A stretch of 64,000 bases of DNA. Origin: Planctomycetota bacterium (GTDB taxonomy: Bacteria; Planctomycetota; Phycisphaerae; UBA1845; PWPN01). The notes under the pieces were generated by a model. It was not told the DNA's origin and made no database searches. It worked only from the letters and a program-made list of their open reading frames with translations. Positions 7,390 to 15,979 of the stretch are shown in pieces. Where the stretch lies: assembly GCA_022711465.1 (NCBI GenBank), contig JAKLEZ010000024.1, forward strand, positions 17,938 to 81,937. Reading direction: 5' to 3'. Within the stretch, counting starts at the first letter, position 1, and each line of letters opens with the position of its first letter. A program made the translations under genes and the position numbers.

Positions 7390-9711
7390 ATGTACCTGTT
7401 GCGAAAGAGCCAAGCCGTGGGTCGCATGTACGCCTTGCTGGTTGTGGCAAGCTGGGGATTATCGGTCCCGGCGGTTGGGGTGGCGTGTGTCTTGCTGGCT
7501 TCCGGAGCAGGGTGGGCGGCCACCGAATCACCGGCGGTGGTCGACTGGGCGGGGAGCGAGGCTCAGCGCAAGCAGTGGCTGCAGGGCCTGTCGATGGTGG
7601 GGTCGGGTCAGTGGGATGAGGCTGGCCGGCTGATCAACCAGTTGGTCTCCGACGGGGTGTCCGACCTTCGCCTGAAGCGTGTTCAAGACTGGGTTACGGC
7701 GTTCACCAAGCTTCAGGGTGAGCGACGTGAGCGGCGGCTCAAGGACTACGAGCAGTACGTGGCGTGGACCAAGGAGGACATGAGGGACAAGAAGTGGCGG
7801 CGGGCGGTGGCCACCTGCCACCGGGCGTTCACCAACGCCGACGACAAGGAGGCCTTCCGCAGGGCCGCCTTCGTCAAGGAGCTGATCGACGGTGCCATTC
7901 TGGCCGCGGAGGAGTATGAGAAGGATCACAAATGGCAGAACGCGGCCACGATCTACCTGTATTTGAAGGAGATCTTCCCGCTGGAGATGCGCTACCGTGA
8001 CGCCATCGAGCGGTGTCAGGAGCACATCCGTCTGGAGTATGCCTATGCCAAGGACTCCGACTGGGAGAACTCGGTCGCCAACATTGTGCCGTCGATGGCC
8101 AAGGAGGCCTTCAAGCGGGTGCACTCCGACTATCGCGAGCAGCCGAACTTCAAGCAGATGGTGGTTGACGCCCTGCAGCAGATGCAGCGGATGACCGAAG
8201 AGCCGAAGCTGGTCAAGGTATTTGACAAGCTCAAGGACACGGATGAGGTTCAGGAGTTCCGGGATCGCATCCAGCCGCACCTGGCCCGGGCTCAGAATCG
8301 CTCGAAGATGTCCTTGACGGACATCATCGAGGTGTTCGACCGGGTGCTGGAGATCAACAACGAGATCGGTCTGTTTCCCCAGGCGGTGGTGATCCGCGAG
8401 TTCGTGCACGGCTCCTTCAAGCCGCTCGACCAGTTCAGTGACATGCTCTGGCCGGCGGACACCGAGGAGTTCAACAAGCACACTCAGGGCAAGTTCTACG
8501 GGGTGGGCATTTCGATCCGCAAGGGCCACGGCGAACCGATCCGGGTGGTGACTCCGCTCGAGGACACGCCGGCCTACCAGGCGGGCATTCGGCCGGGCGA
8601 CATGATCACCCACATCAACGGCAAACCGGCCGCTCCGCTGAGCATCACCCGGGCGGTGCAGGAGATCACCGGGCCCCCGGATAGCCTCGTGACCCTGACC
8701 ATCAAGCGTTCCGGCGAAGGCGGCAAGGATGAGCGCTTTGACGTCAAGCTCAAGCGGGCCGAGGTCGTGATTTACACGGTCAAGGGCCAGCAGCGGAATC
8801 CTGACGGTTCCTGGAAGTACATGATCGATCCTGAGAACCGGATCGGCTACCTCCGCATGACCAATTTCACGGATGAGACGCCGGGTGAACTCAAGGCCGC
8901 CCTGAAGTCGCTCAGCGCGCAGAAGATGCGAGGTCTGATCCTCGATCTCCGCGGCAATCCCGGGGGCACGCTGAAGGCCGCGGTCGACGTCAGCAACCTT
9001 TTCCTCGATGGCGACAAGCAGATCGTGTCGACCCGCGACCGGAAGGGCCAGGACATGCAGATGTCGACCTCCGAGCCCGAAGGCGAGCACTATGCCGACT
9101 TCCCGCTGATCCTGCTGGTCAACGAGAGCAGCGCCAGTGCCTCGGAGATCGTGGCCGGAGCCTTGCAGGTTCATCATCGCGCTCTGCTGGTTGGAGAACG
9201 GAGCTTTGGCAAGGGCAGCGTGCAGCAGGTTCTCCCGGTGAGTCCCACCCGCTCGGCGTTCCTCAAGCTGACCACCGCCCGCTACTACTTGCCCAACGGG
9301 CGCTGTCTGCACCGCGACGAGGACTCCGAGACCTGGGGTGTGGATCCGGACGTGGAGGTCGATCTGGTGCCCAAGGAGATGTACAAGATCGCCAGCGCCC
9401 GCCTCAAGAGTGACATCCTGAAAGGCACCGGTCAGGACAAGCTGACCGAGAAGGAACTTGACCGGGTGCTCTCCACCCAGCCGGTCGTCGGCGAGGACGA
9501 GGACATCGAGGACAAGGCCGACGACGATCCGGATTCCAGGGACGAGAAGGACGACGAGGGGGCCCGAGAAGACCCGAACGACTGGCCGGAAGTCGATGCC
9601 CAGCTGGGCGCCACGTTGCTGCTGATGCGCGTCCGCATCGAGACCGACCAGCCCTGGCCGATGAAGAGCCAGGCTCTTGCCTCCACGCCTGAAGCAAGCA
9701 CCGGGAGTTGA
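7390..9711 (+). CDS. S41 family C-terminal processing peptidase with long N-terminal helical extension and acidic tail
   Basis: 773 aa. Signal/TM-like N-terminus. PDZ (GVGISIRKGHGEPIRVVTPLEDTPAYQAGIRPGDMITHING). S41 core (LILDLRGNPGG, SASASEIVAGALQ, GERSFGKGSVQ). C-terminal Asp/Glu-rich stretch (EDEDIEDKADDDPDSRDEKDDEG). Confidence 0.9.
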   Translation: MYLLRKSQAVGRMYALLVVASWGLSVPAVGVACVLLASGAGWAATESPAVVDWAGSEAQRKQWLQGLSMVGSGQWDEAGRLINQLVSDGVSDLRLKRVQDWVTAFTKLQGERRERRLKDYEQYVAWTKEDMRDKKWRRAVATCHRAFTNADDKEAFRRAAFVKELIDGAILAAEEYEKDHKWQNAATIYLYLKEIFPLEMRYRDAIERCQEHIRLEYAYAKDSDWENSVANIVPSMAKEAFKRVHSDYREQPNFKQMVVDALQQMQRMTEEPKLVKVFDKLKDTDEVQEFRDRIQPHLARAQNRSKMSLTDIIEVFDRVLEINNEIGLFPQAVVIREFVHGSFKPLDQFSDMLWPADTEEFNKHTQGKFYGVGISIRKGHGEPIRVVTPLEDTPAYQAGIRPGDMITHINGKPAAPLSITRAVQEITGPPDSLVTLTIKRSGEGGKDERFDVKLKRAEVVIYTVKGQQRNPDGSWKYMIDPENRIGYLRMTNFTDETPGELKAALKSLSAQKMRGLILDLRGNPGGTLKAAVDVSNLFLDGDKQIVSTRDRKGQDMQMSTSEPEGEHYADFPLILLVNESSASASEIVAGALQVHHRALLVGERSFGKGSVQQVLPVSPTRSAFLKLTTARYYLPNGRCLHRDEDSETWGVDPDVEVDLVPKEMYKIASARLKSDILKGTGQDKLTEKELDRVLSTQPVVGEDEDIEDKADDDPDSRDEKDDEGAREDPNDWPEVDAQLGATLLLMRVRIETDQPWPMKSQALASTPEASTGS

Positions 9712-9870
9712 CGGGCCCCGGTCGCTTCACATCTGGTATTCGCGGATCCGCCGCTCGAAAGAGGGGCAGGGCAGCCGGCGTGGCAGACACGACCGGTGCG
9801 GCGTGCGCTCGTTGTCGCGCGGTGGCGGGGGTACTCGGCGGCGGAGGTTCTTTTTGGAGCAGCGGAGGGG

Positions 9871-10209
9871 TCAGTTCTTGAGCTGCAGGCTGAGCATGCC
9901 ACTGGCGACGTCGTCGTAAACGTCGAAGATCTTGTCCAGGCCCGTGACCAGAAACACGCCCCAGACGTGGGTGTTGATGGCGCACAGCTTGAGCTTGCGG
10001 TGGTTGCTGCTGACCTGCAGCTTGCGGAGTTTGAGCAGCTTGGCGATGTTCGATGAGTTCAGGAAGTTGACTTCCTGGAAGTTGAGCACGACGTCGAGGT
10101 CGCTGCGCTTCTCCACCGTCTCCAGAAGGGCGGTCATGTCGTCGGTGAACTGCGGATCGTCGCTCAACTCGACGAGCAGGACATCATCTGACCAGTTCTC
10201 GATGGGCAT
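9871..10209 (-). CDS. STAS-domain protein (anti-sigma-factor antagonist-like)
   Basis: 112 aa. SpoIIAA-like pattern (VLLVEL..., VVLNFQEVNFLNSSNIAKLLKLRK, KLKLCAINTHVWGVFLVTGLDKIF). RBS aggaggcgggg. Confidence 0.8.
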   Translation of the reverse strand: MPIENWSDDVLLVELSDDPQFTDDMTALLETVEKRSDLDVVLNFQEVNFLNSSNIAKLLKLRKLQVSSNHRKLKLCAINTHVWGVFLVTGLDKIFDVYDDVASGMLSLQLKN

Positions 10210-10274
10210 GTCGCCCCGCCTCCTGTACGAGCCTCAAGCGCGCCGGACCGAACCGACCTGCGACTTCAGGGGCC

Positions 10275-10303
10275 ACTCTAGCCCTGCTCACCAGCCGTGT
10301 CAA
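10275..10303 (-). promoter_or_regulatory. Candidate sigma70-type promoter (TTGACA-N17-TAGAGT) for the STAS gene
   Basis: Read on the minus strand: -35 TTGACA (10303-10298), exactly 17-nt spacer, -10 TAGAGT (10280-10275). It lies about 65 nt upstream of start 10209. Confidence 0.4.
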
Positions 10304-10452
10304 CCCTGGAGCCCGGCGTCTGGGCCGCCTGGAAATGGAGAAGTGAGAGGCGAGGAATGAGAGAGGCCGCCCCTGGAGAATCCTTTGCTCCCGGAGGGCA
10401 CAGCTTCAAGTCGATGGGGATGGGCGCGCCTTCAAGCTCCATGCTCTCTCGC

Positions 10453-11493
10453 TTACATCGCCCGCACCAGCAGCGATCGATCGATGCCCAGCCGCCGGAT
10501 GGCCTGCTCGGCGTCGGCGAGGAACCGGCGGCCGTCTTCGTAGTAACCGGCTGTGGGCTTGAGATCGGGGACCTGTCGCGCCCAGTAGCGGTTGAAGCAT
10601 ATCATGAGCAGTTCGCGGACGTACTTGCTGAAGATGCTGGCCAGGGCGATCTGCATGTGATGGGTCTCGCCTTTCTGCACGAAGCGGATCATCCACGGTG
10701 CCGGTCGATGGTTGAGCCGATAGCTGCTTCGCTCGGGCGACTCTTCGACGATTTCGAGTTCTGCGTCCTGGAAGGCGGTCATGAGTGGCCGGGCGTAGCC
10801 GATGCGACCGCCCTGGCGGTCGACCCAGATCCGCAGGGGGCGCGGACCGACGTTGATGGCGATTCGCTGCATCAGCCGCGTGGCCAGGGCGAAGAGGACG
10901 ACGGCCTTATTCCGCGTCCGGCCGACCATGTCGTTGTAGTCACCCTCGGGCAGGACCTCGACCCACGCCCCGCGGAAGCGGATGCCAGCGGCGGCCAGAT
11001 CGCGCTGGACCGAGCTTCGCTGGACGCCCAGGTCGTCTTCCGTCACCTCGACCGGCAGGGCGATGTCCTCCGCCGCATACCAGGGGTACCGGCCGAGCAT
11101 CGCGACCACGTGCGGGCAGGCCAGCTGGAGCATGGCCCGGAGGCTCACGGGCGCCTTCCCGTGTTGCATGAGGAATGTGAGTGCGGCCCGTTCGAGAAGG
11201 GCGATGCCGGCCGGTGTGTCGCTCTTGCCGTGCAGTTTCTTGCTGTCGGACACGGCCAGTCGCGGGTCGCGTTTGCGGTGCCTGGCGGTGAGGCTGGCCT
11301 GGAGCAGGCCCCAGAGATCCGGGCCGGCTGCCCGGTCCTTCAAGGCGCGCATGAGGGTCACCGGCACATCGAAAGCCGCGGCCGACACGACCAGCGGCCC
11401 CAGCAAGGGGCCGTAGCCGGCCTCGTCGATCCCGACGATGGTCGACGTCGCCTGCTCGGTCGGGTCCAGTCCCTCGGCCATAGAGGAGTTCAT
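10453..11493 (-). CDS. RNase HII/HIII-like family protein (long, divergent)
   Basis: Motifs GIDEAGYGPLLGPLVV, VSDSKKL and IALASIFSKYVRELLM parallel the RNase HII DEAGRG / DSK / AASIxAK blocks. The ORF track extends to 11646, but that N-terminus is low complexity. ATG at 11493 (MNSSMAEG) sits just before the conserved block. Confidence 0.55.
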   Translation of the reverse strand: MNSSMAEGLDPTEQATSTIVGIDEAGYGPLLGPLVVSAAAFDVPVTLMRALKDRAAGPDLWGLLQASLTARHRKRDPRLAVSDSKKLHGKSDTPAGIALLERAALTFLMQHGKAPVSLRAMLQLACPHVVAMLGRYPWYAAEDIALPVEVTEDDLGVQRSSVQRDLAAAGIRFRGAWVEVLPEGDYNDMVGRTRNKAVVLFALATRLMQRIAINVGPRPLRIWVDRQGGRIGYARPLMTAFQDAELEIVEESPERSSYRLNHRPAPWMIRFVQKGETHHMQIALASIFSKYVRELLMICFNRYWARQVPDLKPTAGYYEDGRRFLADAEQAIRRLGIDRSLLVRAM

Positions 11494-11544
11494 AATCGCT
11501 TTGGGAGCGAATCTCAACCTCGTCGTGATGCCGCGCGGCGAGGA

Positions 11545-11579
11545 GAGATGGAGAATGGAGAGTGGAGAATGGCGAGATG
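11545..11579. repeat. Imperfect heptanucleotide tandem repeat (GAGAATG-like, about 5 units)
   Basis: Direct reading: gagatg gagaatg gagagtg gagaatg gcgagatg. It lies in the leader or alternative N-terminus of the RNase H-like gene. Confidence 0.5.
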
Positions 11580-11774
11580 GGGCGGGATCGAGTCTGGTCG
11601 GAGTTGCTCCATGGCGTTTGGTCGAGGGGCGGTGGGCATTCCGCATTCATGGTAGACGCCGAACAGGTTGCCGGTTCTGCACCGGCCGATACCGTTGATG
11701 GCGTGTCGTGGCTTGCGTGGAGGGATCACTGGCGGAGGCTGCACGGATGCTGCGGGCTCATCGGCCCGTCACGG

Positions 11775-12311
11775 TCACGGGATGAGGAGCGCTCCCAGCA
11801 ACACGGACAACCCCAGGATCATGGCTGCCACTCCCAGCCGGATGCTTGGCGGCGGATTGCTGATGTGGGGGCGGATCGGTGCGGGGATGCGGCGGATGTT
11901 GAGGACCTGGCAGCCGAGCACGATAGCCAGGAGGCCGGCCACGCAGGCGACGAAGTTGGCCAGTGGGGAGAGCACGGAGATTCCCGGCAACCGGAAGAGC
12001 AGGGCCCCGGCCCAACCGACACCGGCCAGCATCAGGCCCATCCTGGAGTCCTTATTTGCATGCTGGAGCCGAAGCATGTGGGTCCATGTTTTGGCGGCCC
12101 GTCCGCGTACTTCCCGCCAATCGAAAGTGGCTCCGCACTCGGGGCAGCGGTGCTGCTTCAGGCCGTGCAGGATGTAGGAGCACTTGCGGCAGGTGGGCGG
12201 GATTGGAAACCGCCATTCGTCCCTGGCGTTGCCCAGATACTCGAGCTCGTTCCAGGTGAAACTCACATCTCCCAGCATACATGCTGATGGACCCGAGGCC
12301 AAGTTGACCAC
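11775..12311 (-). CDS. Hypothetical membrane protein with N-terminal zinc ribbon
   Basis: 178 aa. CxxC...CxxC (CRKCSYILHGLKQHRCPECG) followed by 3-4 hydrophobic helices (MGLMLAGVGWAGALLF, VACVAGLLAIVLGCQVL, VAAMILGLSVLLGALLIP). Confidence 0.45.
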   Translation of the reverse strand: MVNLASGPSACMLGDVSFTWNELEYLGNARDEWRFPIPPTCRKCSYILHGLKQHRCPECGATFDWREVRGRAAKTWTHMLRLQHANKDSRMGLMLAGVGWAGALLFRLPGISVLSPLANFVACVAGLLAIVLGCQVLNIRRIPAPIRPHISNPPPSIRLGVAAMILGLSVLLGALLIP

Positions 12312-12495
12312 GGACCGCCGCCGGGTGGGTGGTCAAGCGGTTTGATTGCCTCCGGCTCGGCGGATAGCCTACCGGGGCCACGATTCGCGGTGGAAACGCA
12401 AGCTGGCGATCTGTTGTTGTCTTCGGGGGCACGCCTGGCTCGCGGGTGCTCCCGCGTCGTGCGGTGATGAGCGGCCGGAGAGGCGGCGCATCGGA

Positions 12496-12705
12496 ATGGT
12501 ACGAAGGCACGCATGGACAACCGCGGTGGCGGTGTTGGCGGTCGCGCTGGCCGGGCTCACCAGCACTGCTGCGGGGGACGGCGAAGTCAGGCCGGTCGAG
12601 GTGAGTCTGACGACCGTGGACCGGATGGAGCCTGGTCAGAAGGTCACCGGGCGGCTGGAGCTGGCGAATCAGCAGGATGCGGCCGCGGCCTGCCGAATCA
12701 GCTAA
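12496..12705 (+). CDS. Short signal-peptide ORF ending at an in-frame TAA (probable 5' part of a disrupted gene)
   Basis: MVRRHAWTTAVAVLAVALAGLTSTAAG signal peptide. The stop TAA at 12703-12705 is in the same frame as the next ORF, which starts at GTG 12709. Confidence 0.3.
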   Translation: MVRRHAWTTAVAVLAVALAGLTSTAAGDGEVRPVEVSLTTVDRMEPGQKVTGRLELANQQDAAAACRIS

Positions 12706-12708
12706 ACG

Positions 12709-13155
12709 GTGCAGACGGACGGCGCGATGTACCACGCGGCGGTTCCGGATCCTGTCTTCGGCGTCGATTGTGCCCTGGGTGCTCGGAGTTGGACGGTGGC
12801 CGACGGTAAGGTCGTGGAGGAGGGTTCACTGACCGACGGGAAGGACTACACTGACGCCGGTACGGTCTGCCGACTGGACAAAGGGCGCGAGTTCCGGTTC
12901 AAGGTGAAGCCTGGGCGTTACCAGTTGCGTTTCGGCGTCAGCCCATTCCACAACGTCAGCATTGTGCTCAAAGGTGCGGCCGGCGGGGACGGGGTGTTGC
13001 CCGCCGCCCAGGGCGAATCCACCGTGGAGGCGGCGTTCGAGGCCACGGGTTCGGTTCTGTCGCTGTCCACGGACGAGTACGCCCTGTTTCGATGGCTGAC
13101 GGTGATCGAGCGGGTGCCGGGCGACGACGACCACTCTGGCGGAGGGGGGGACTGA
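12709..13155 (+). CDS. Hypothetical protein (probable 3' part of the same disrupted secreted protein)
   Basis: 148-aa ORF in the same frame as 12496-12705, separated only by TAA plus one codon. It has no recognisable family and no own signal peptide. Confidence 0.35.
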   Translation: MQTDGAMYHAAVPDPVFGVDCALGARSWTVADGKVVEEGSLTDGKDYTDAGTVCRLDKGREFRFKVKPGRYQLRFGVSPFHNVSIVLKGAAGGDGVLPAAQGESTVEAAFEATGSVLSLSTDEYALFRWLTVIERVPGDDDHSGGGGD

Positions 13156-13197
13156 GGCTGCGGGTCCAAACCTTGTTGGCTCTCGTATGTCGGCGTG

Positions 13198-13572
13198 GCT
13201 TTCGGTACCATGGTGAGGGCGCCATTCTGTTCGCAGGCGAGGAGGGCACCATGCTCCGCGGCGGATGGTCCGGCGTGTTCATCCTCTAACCGGTCCGCCG
13301 GTGGAATGAGTTCAAGGTGCCGCCCAAGACGATTCCGCGGTCCATCGGCCACGATGTGGAGCAGGTCAAGGCCTGCAAGGATGGCAGGCCGGAAGATGTC
13401 AAGGCTGGCTTCGTCTACTCTGGGCCTTTCACGGAGTCGTTGCTGGCGGGCGATCTGGCCCTGCGGCTCCAGAAATGCATCGAGTGGAACAGGGCGAGCA
13501 GGAGGGCGAAGAACGCCCCCCAAGCCGAGTCGCTGATCAGGGTAAGCTACGGTGACGGATTCGGGATCTGGT
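13198..13572 (+). pseudogene. 5'-truncated relic of a Gfo/Idh/MocA-like oxidoreductase C-terminus, with in-frame TAA
   Basis: Frame-0 translation reads GEGAILFAGEEGTMLRGGWSGVFIL*PVRRWNEFKVPPKTIPRSIGHDVEQVKACKDGRPEDVKAGFVYSGPFTESLLAGDLALRLQKCIEWN...AKNAPQAESLIRVSYGDGFGIW. This matches my recollection of the conserved C-terminal ~120 aa of planctomycetal Gfo/Idh/MocA oxidoreductases (TIPRSxGH...ACK...FxYxGxLTE...LGxxAxR...xEWD...NxPEAxxxxRxxYRxGW). No Rossmann half lies upstream, and there is a stop at 13287-13289. Confidence 0.4.
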
Positions 13573-13642
13573 TGAATGGGTGTGGGCGGGGTTTGGAGAG
13601 AGACTTGGGCGCGTCTCGGGCGGCGCGCGGGAAGAAGGTTAG

Positions 13643-14767
13643 ATGCACATCGGTCACGAAGGCACGGTTGCTGCTTCCGAGCTCGGCACTGACCGGCAGA
13701 GCTGCGCCTTTCCGGGCATCTGCGTGTTGCCGACCGGGCGCTGGCTGTGCACGTATCGGGTGGCGCCGGCCAAGCTGGCGACCGCGGGCCAGCATGTTCT
13801 GCTCACCTGGTCAGATGACGAGGGTCGATCCTGGTGCAAGCCCCGCGAGCTGTGTTCGCCGCCGAGGATCGAAGGCCGTGCGGGGCTGTTCCGGGCCGCG
13901 TACCTGACCGCGCTGGGCGGGGATCGTCTGCTGGCGGTGCTGTGTTGGGTTGATCACTCGGACCCGTCGCGTCCTTTCTTCAATGAGCAGACCCAGGGAC
14001 TGCTGGATACGCGGATTCTGCTGTCGTGGTCCGAGGATGCGGGTGGTCACTGGTCGTCGCCGCTTCTGGTTGACACCGCTCCGTTCCACATGCCGACGCC
14101 GATCACCGGGCCGGTTCTGTGTCTGGGCAACGGCGATCTCGCCTGCCAGTTCGAGTTGAACAAGCCATACGAGGACTGTGGCGTATGGCGGCATCGCTCG
14201 GTGCTCCTGTATTCCCGCGATTCGGGCAGGACCTGGCCGGAGCACGCGATCACCAGTGGTGACCCGGCCAACCGGGTGTTCTATTGGGATCAGCGTCCCG
14301 CGGTGCTGGATGATGGGCGGATTCTGGATCTGTTCTGGACTTACGACAACGAGGCGGCGGTCTACCTCAATATCCACGCCCGGCTGTCGATTGATCATGG
14401 CCGGACGTGGTCGGATCTGTGGGATACGGGCGTGTCTGGCCAGCCCGCGGCGCCGGTGGAACTGGGAGACGGGCGTTTGGCGATGGTGTATGTGCATCGT
14501 GATGGTCCGCCCGCGATCAAGCTCTCATGCAGCGAGGACGGGGGGCGGAGCTGGCCGGCCGGTTCGGGGCTGACGATTCACGAGACCGGACTGGATTCCC
14601 AGACGCGGGTGAAGGGATCGATGCAGGATTCGTGGGCTGAGATGGGTGCGTTTTCGGTTGGTCTGCCGGCCACAAGTGCGCTGGCTGGCGGTGACGTCCT
14701 GGTGGTGTATTATGCCGGTCCGCATGCCGACCGGACGGACATTCGGTGGTCTCGGGTGCGGCCATGA
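13643..14767 (+). CDS. BNR/Asp-box repeat protein (sialidase/GH33-like six-bladed propeller), no signal peptide
   Basis: 374 aa with five Asp-boxes (WSDDEGRSW, WSEDAGGHW, SRDSGRTW, SIDHGRTW, CSEDGGRSW). No N-terminal hydrophobic signal. Confidence 0.75.
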   Translation: MHIGHEGTVAASELGTDRQSCAFPGICVLPTGRWLCTYRVAPAKLATAGQHVLLTWSDDEGRSWCKPRELCSPPRIEGRAGLFRAAYLTALGGDRLLAVLCWVDHSDPSRPFFNEQTQGLLDTRILLSWSEDAGGHWSSPLLVDTAPFHMPTPITGPVLCLGNGDLACQFELNKPYEDCGVWRHRSVLLYSRDSGRTWPEHAITSGDPANRVFYWDQRPAVLDDGRILDLFWTYDNEAAVYLNIHARLSIDHGRTWSDLWDTGVSGQPAAPVELGDGRLAMVYVHRDGPPAIKLSCSEDGGRSWPAGSGLTIHETGLDSQTRVKGSMQDSWAEMGAFSVGLPATSALAGGDVLVVYYAGPHADRTDIRWSRVRP

Positions 14768-15879
14768 CGCTGCGGGAGCGCATAGGTGCGGTGTACGAGG
14801 GGCGGAGGCCGGATGTCGTGCCCTACATGCTTGATCTGTCCCACTGGTACTATCACCGGAATCACCAGCCGTGGGACCTGAGCCGGGCCTACGAGTGCCC
14901 GGAAACTGCGCTGATCGACTACCACCGGCGTGCGGGGGTGGGTTTCTACCTGCCCAATCTGGGTTCGTTCTTCGGCATCGCGTACCCTCCGGATGTCACC
15001 GCCACGGTGAGGCGCAGCCCAGACGGCAACGAGATCACCTGGAGGTATGACACACCGCTGGGCAGTATCGAGCGGACCCGCCGCTGGTACGAGCAGACCT
15101 ACTCGTGGGCGGTCTGCGGCTGGGGCGTCAAGACCGAGCATGATCTCGAGATTCTGGGATATGCACTGGCCCACCGCGCCTATACGCCACGGTGGGATCG
15201 TTACCAGGCGTGGGTGAATGCCGTGGGCGATCTGGGCGTTGTCTACATGCTCCCCGGCTACAGCGCCCTGGGGCAGTTGCTGCACTACTGGCAAGGGGTC
15301 GAAGGGACCATGTTTGCGGCGGAGGACTGGCCCGTCACGATGCACCGCGTTGTCGACCAGATCAATGAGAACAACCTGGCGCTGATTGACCTGATTGCGA
15401 CGTCACCCGCCGAAGTTGTCCTGATGGGCGACAACTTCTCCGGTGACGTGCAGCCACCTCGTTTTTTCGATGCCTGGTCGCGGGGTTATTACGTGGAGGC
15501 CATTCGACGCCTGCACGCGGTGGGCAAGCGTGTGGCCGTGCACATCGACGGGCGGTTGCGCGGGGCGCTGCGGATGATTCGTGATGTCGGGGCCGACGCC
15601 GCCGACGCGGTGACACCCAAGCCGATGGGTGATCTGACTCCTGCCCAGTGCCGCGAGGAGGCCGGGCCGGACTTCATTCTCTCCGGCGGCGTGTCGCCGA
15701 ACCTGTGGCTGCCCGGGGCGAGGGTCGAGGATTTCAGGCGGGCGGTGCTCGACTGGCTGGAGCTCAGACGCCAGGGACCTCGACTGATAGCCAACGCCGG
15801 GGACCAGGTACCGCCGGGCGCGGTGGAAGACCGCATCGCCATCATGCGTGATCTTGTCGAGCGTCACGGTCGGTACTGA
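14764..15879 (+). CDS. Uroporphyrinogen-decarboxylase-like (URO-D/MtaA-like) family protein
   Basis: About 371 aa. Start ATG 14764 overlaps the upstream stop (ATGA). TIM-barrel URO-D-like tail (VVLMGDNFSGDVQPPRFFDAWSRGYY, DAVTPKPMGDL, ANAGDQVPPGAVEDRIAIMRDLVERHG). Confidence 0.6.
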   Translation: MTLRERIGAVYEGRRPDVVPYMLDLSHWYYHRNHQPWDLSRAYECPETALIDYHRRAGVGFYLPNLGSFFGIAYPPDVTATVRRSPDGNEITWRYDTPLGSIERTRRWYEQTYSWAVCGWGVKTEHDLEILGYALAHRAYTPRWDRYQAWVNAVGDLGVVYMLPGYSALGQLLHYWQGVEGTMFAAEDWPVTMHRVVDQINENNLALIDLIATSPAEVVLMGDNFSGDVQPPRFFDAWSRGYYVEAIRRLHAVGKRVAVHIDGRLRGALRMIRDVGADAADAVTPKPMGDLTPAQCREEAGPDFILSGGVSPNLWLPGARVEDFRRAVLDWLELRRQGPRLIANAGDQVPPGAVEDRIAIMRDLVERHGRY

Positions 15880-15979
15880 AGCGCCGGACGGATTCGCCGC
15901 GATGGCGGCCGACATCGACAAGCCGTTCTGCTCTCGCTGATCGGACGACTTCCGCTCCGGGGCGGGGGCCGGGTCGGGG

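Noticed and set aside
7528-9312. 594-aa minus-strand ORF opposite the S41 protease
   Set aside because: Antisense shadow ORF. The plus frame carries PDZ and S41 catalytic motifs, and the minus frame has none.
13317-13907. 196-aa ORF called in the track as a possible gene
   Set aside because: Only its first ~85 residues are protein-like, being the oxidoreductase C-terminal relic. The rest runs out of frame into the BNR gene. It is treated as a pseudogene fragment, not a CDS.
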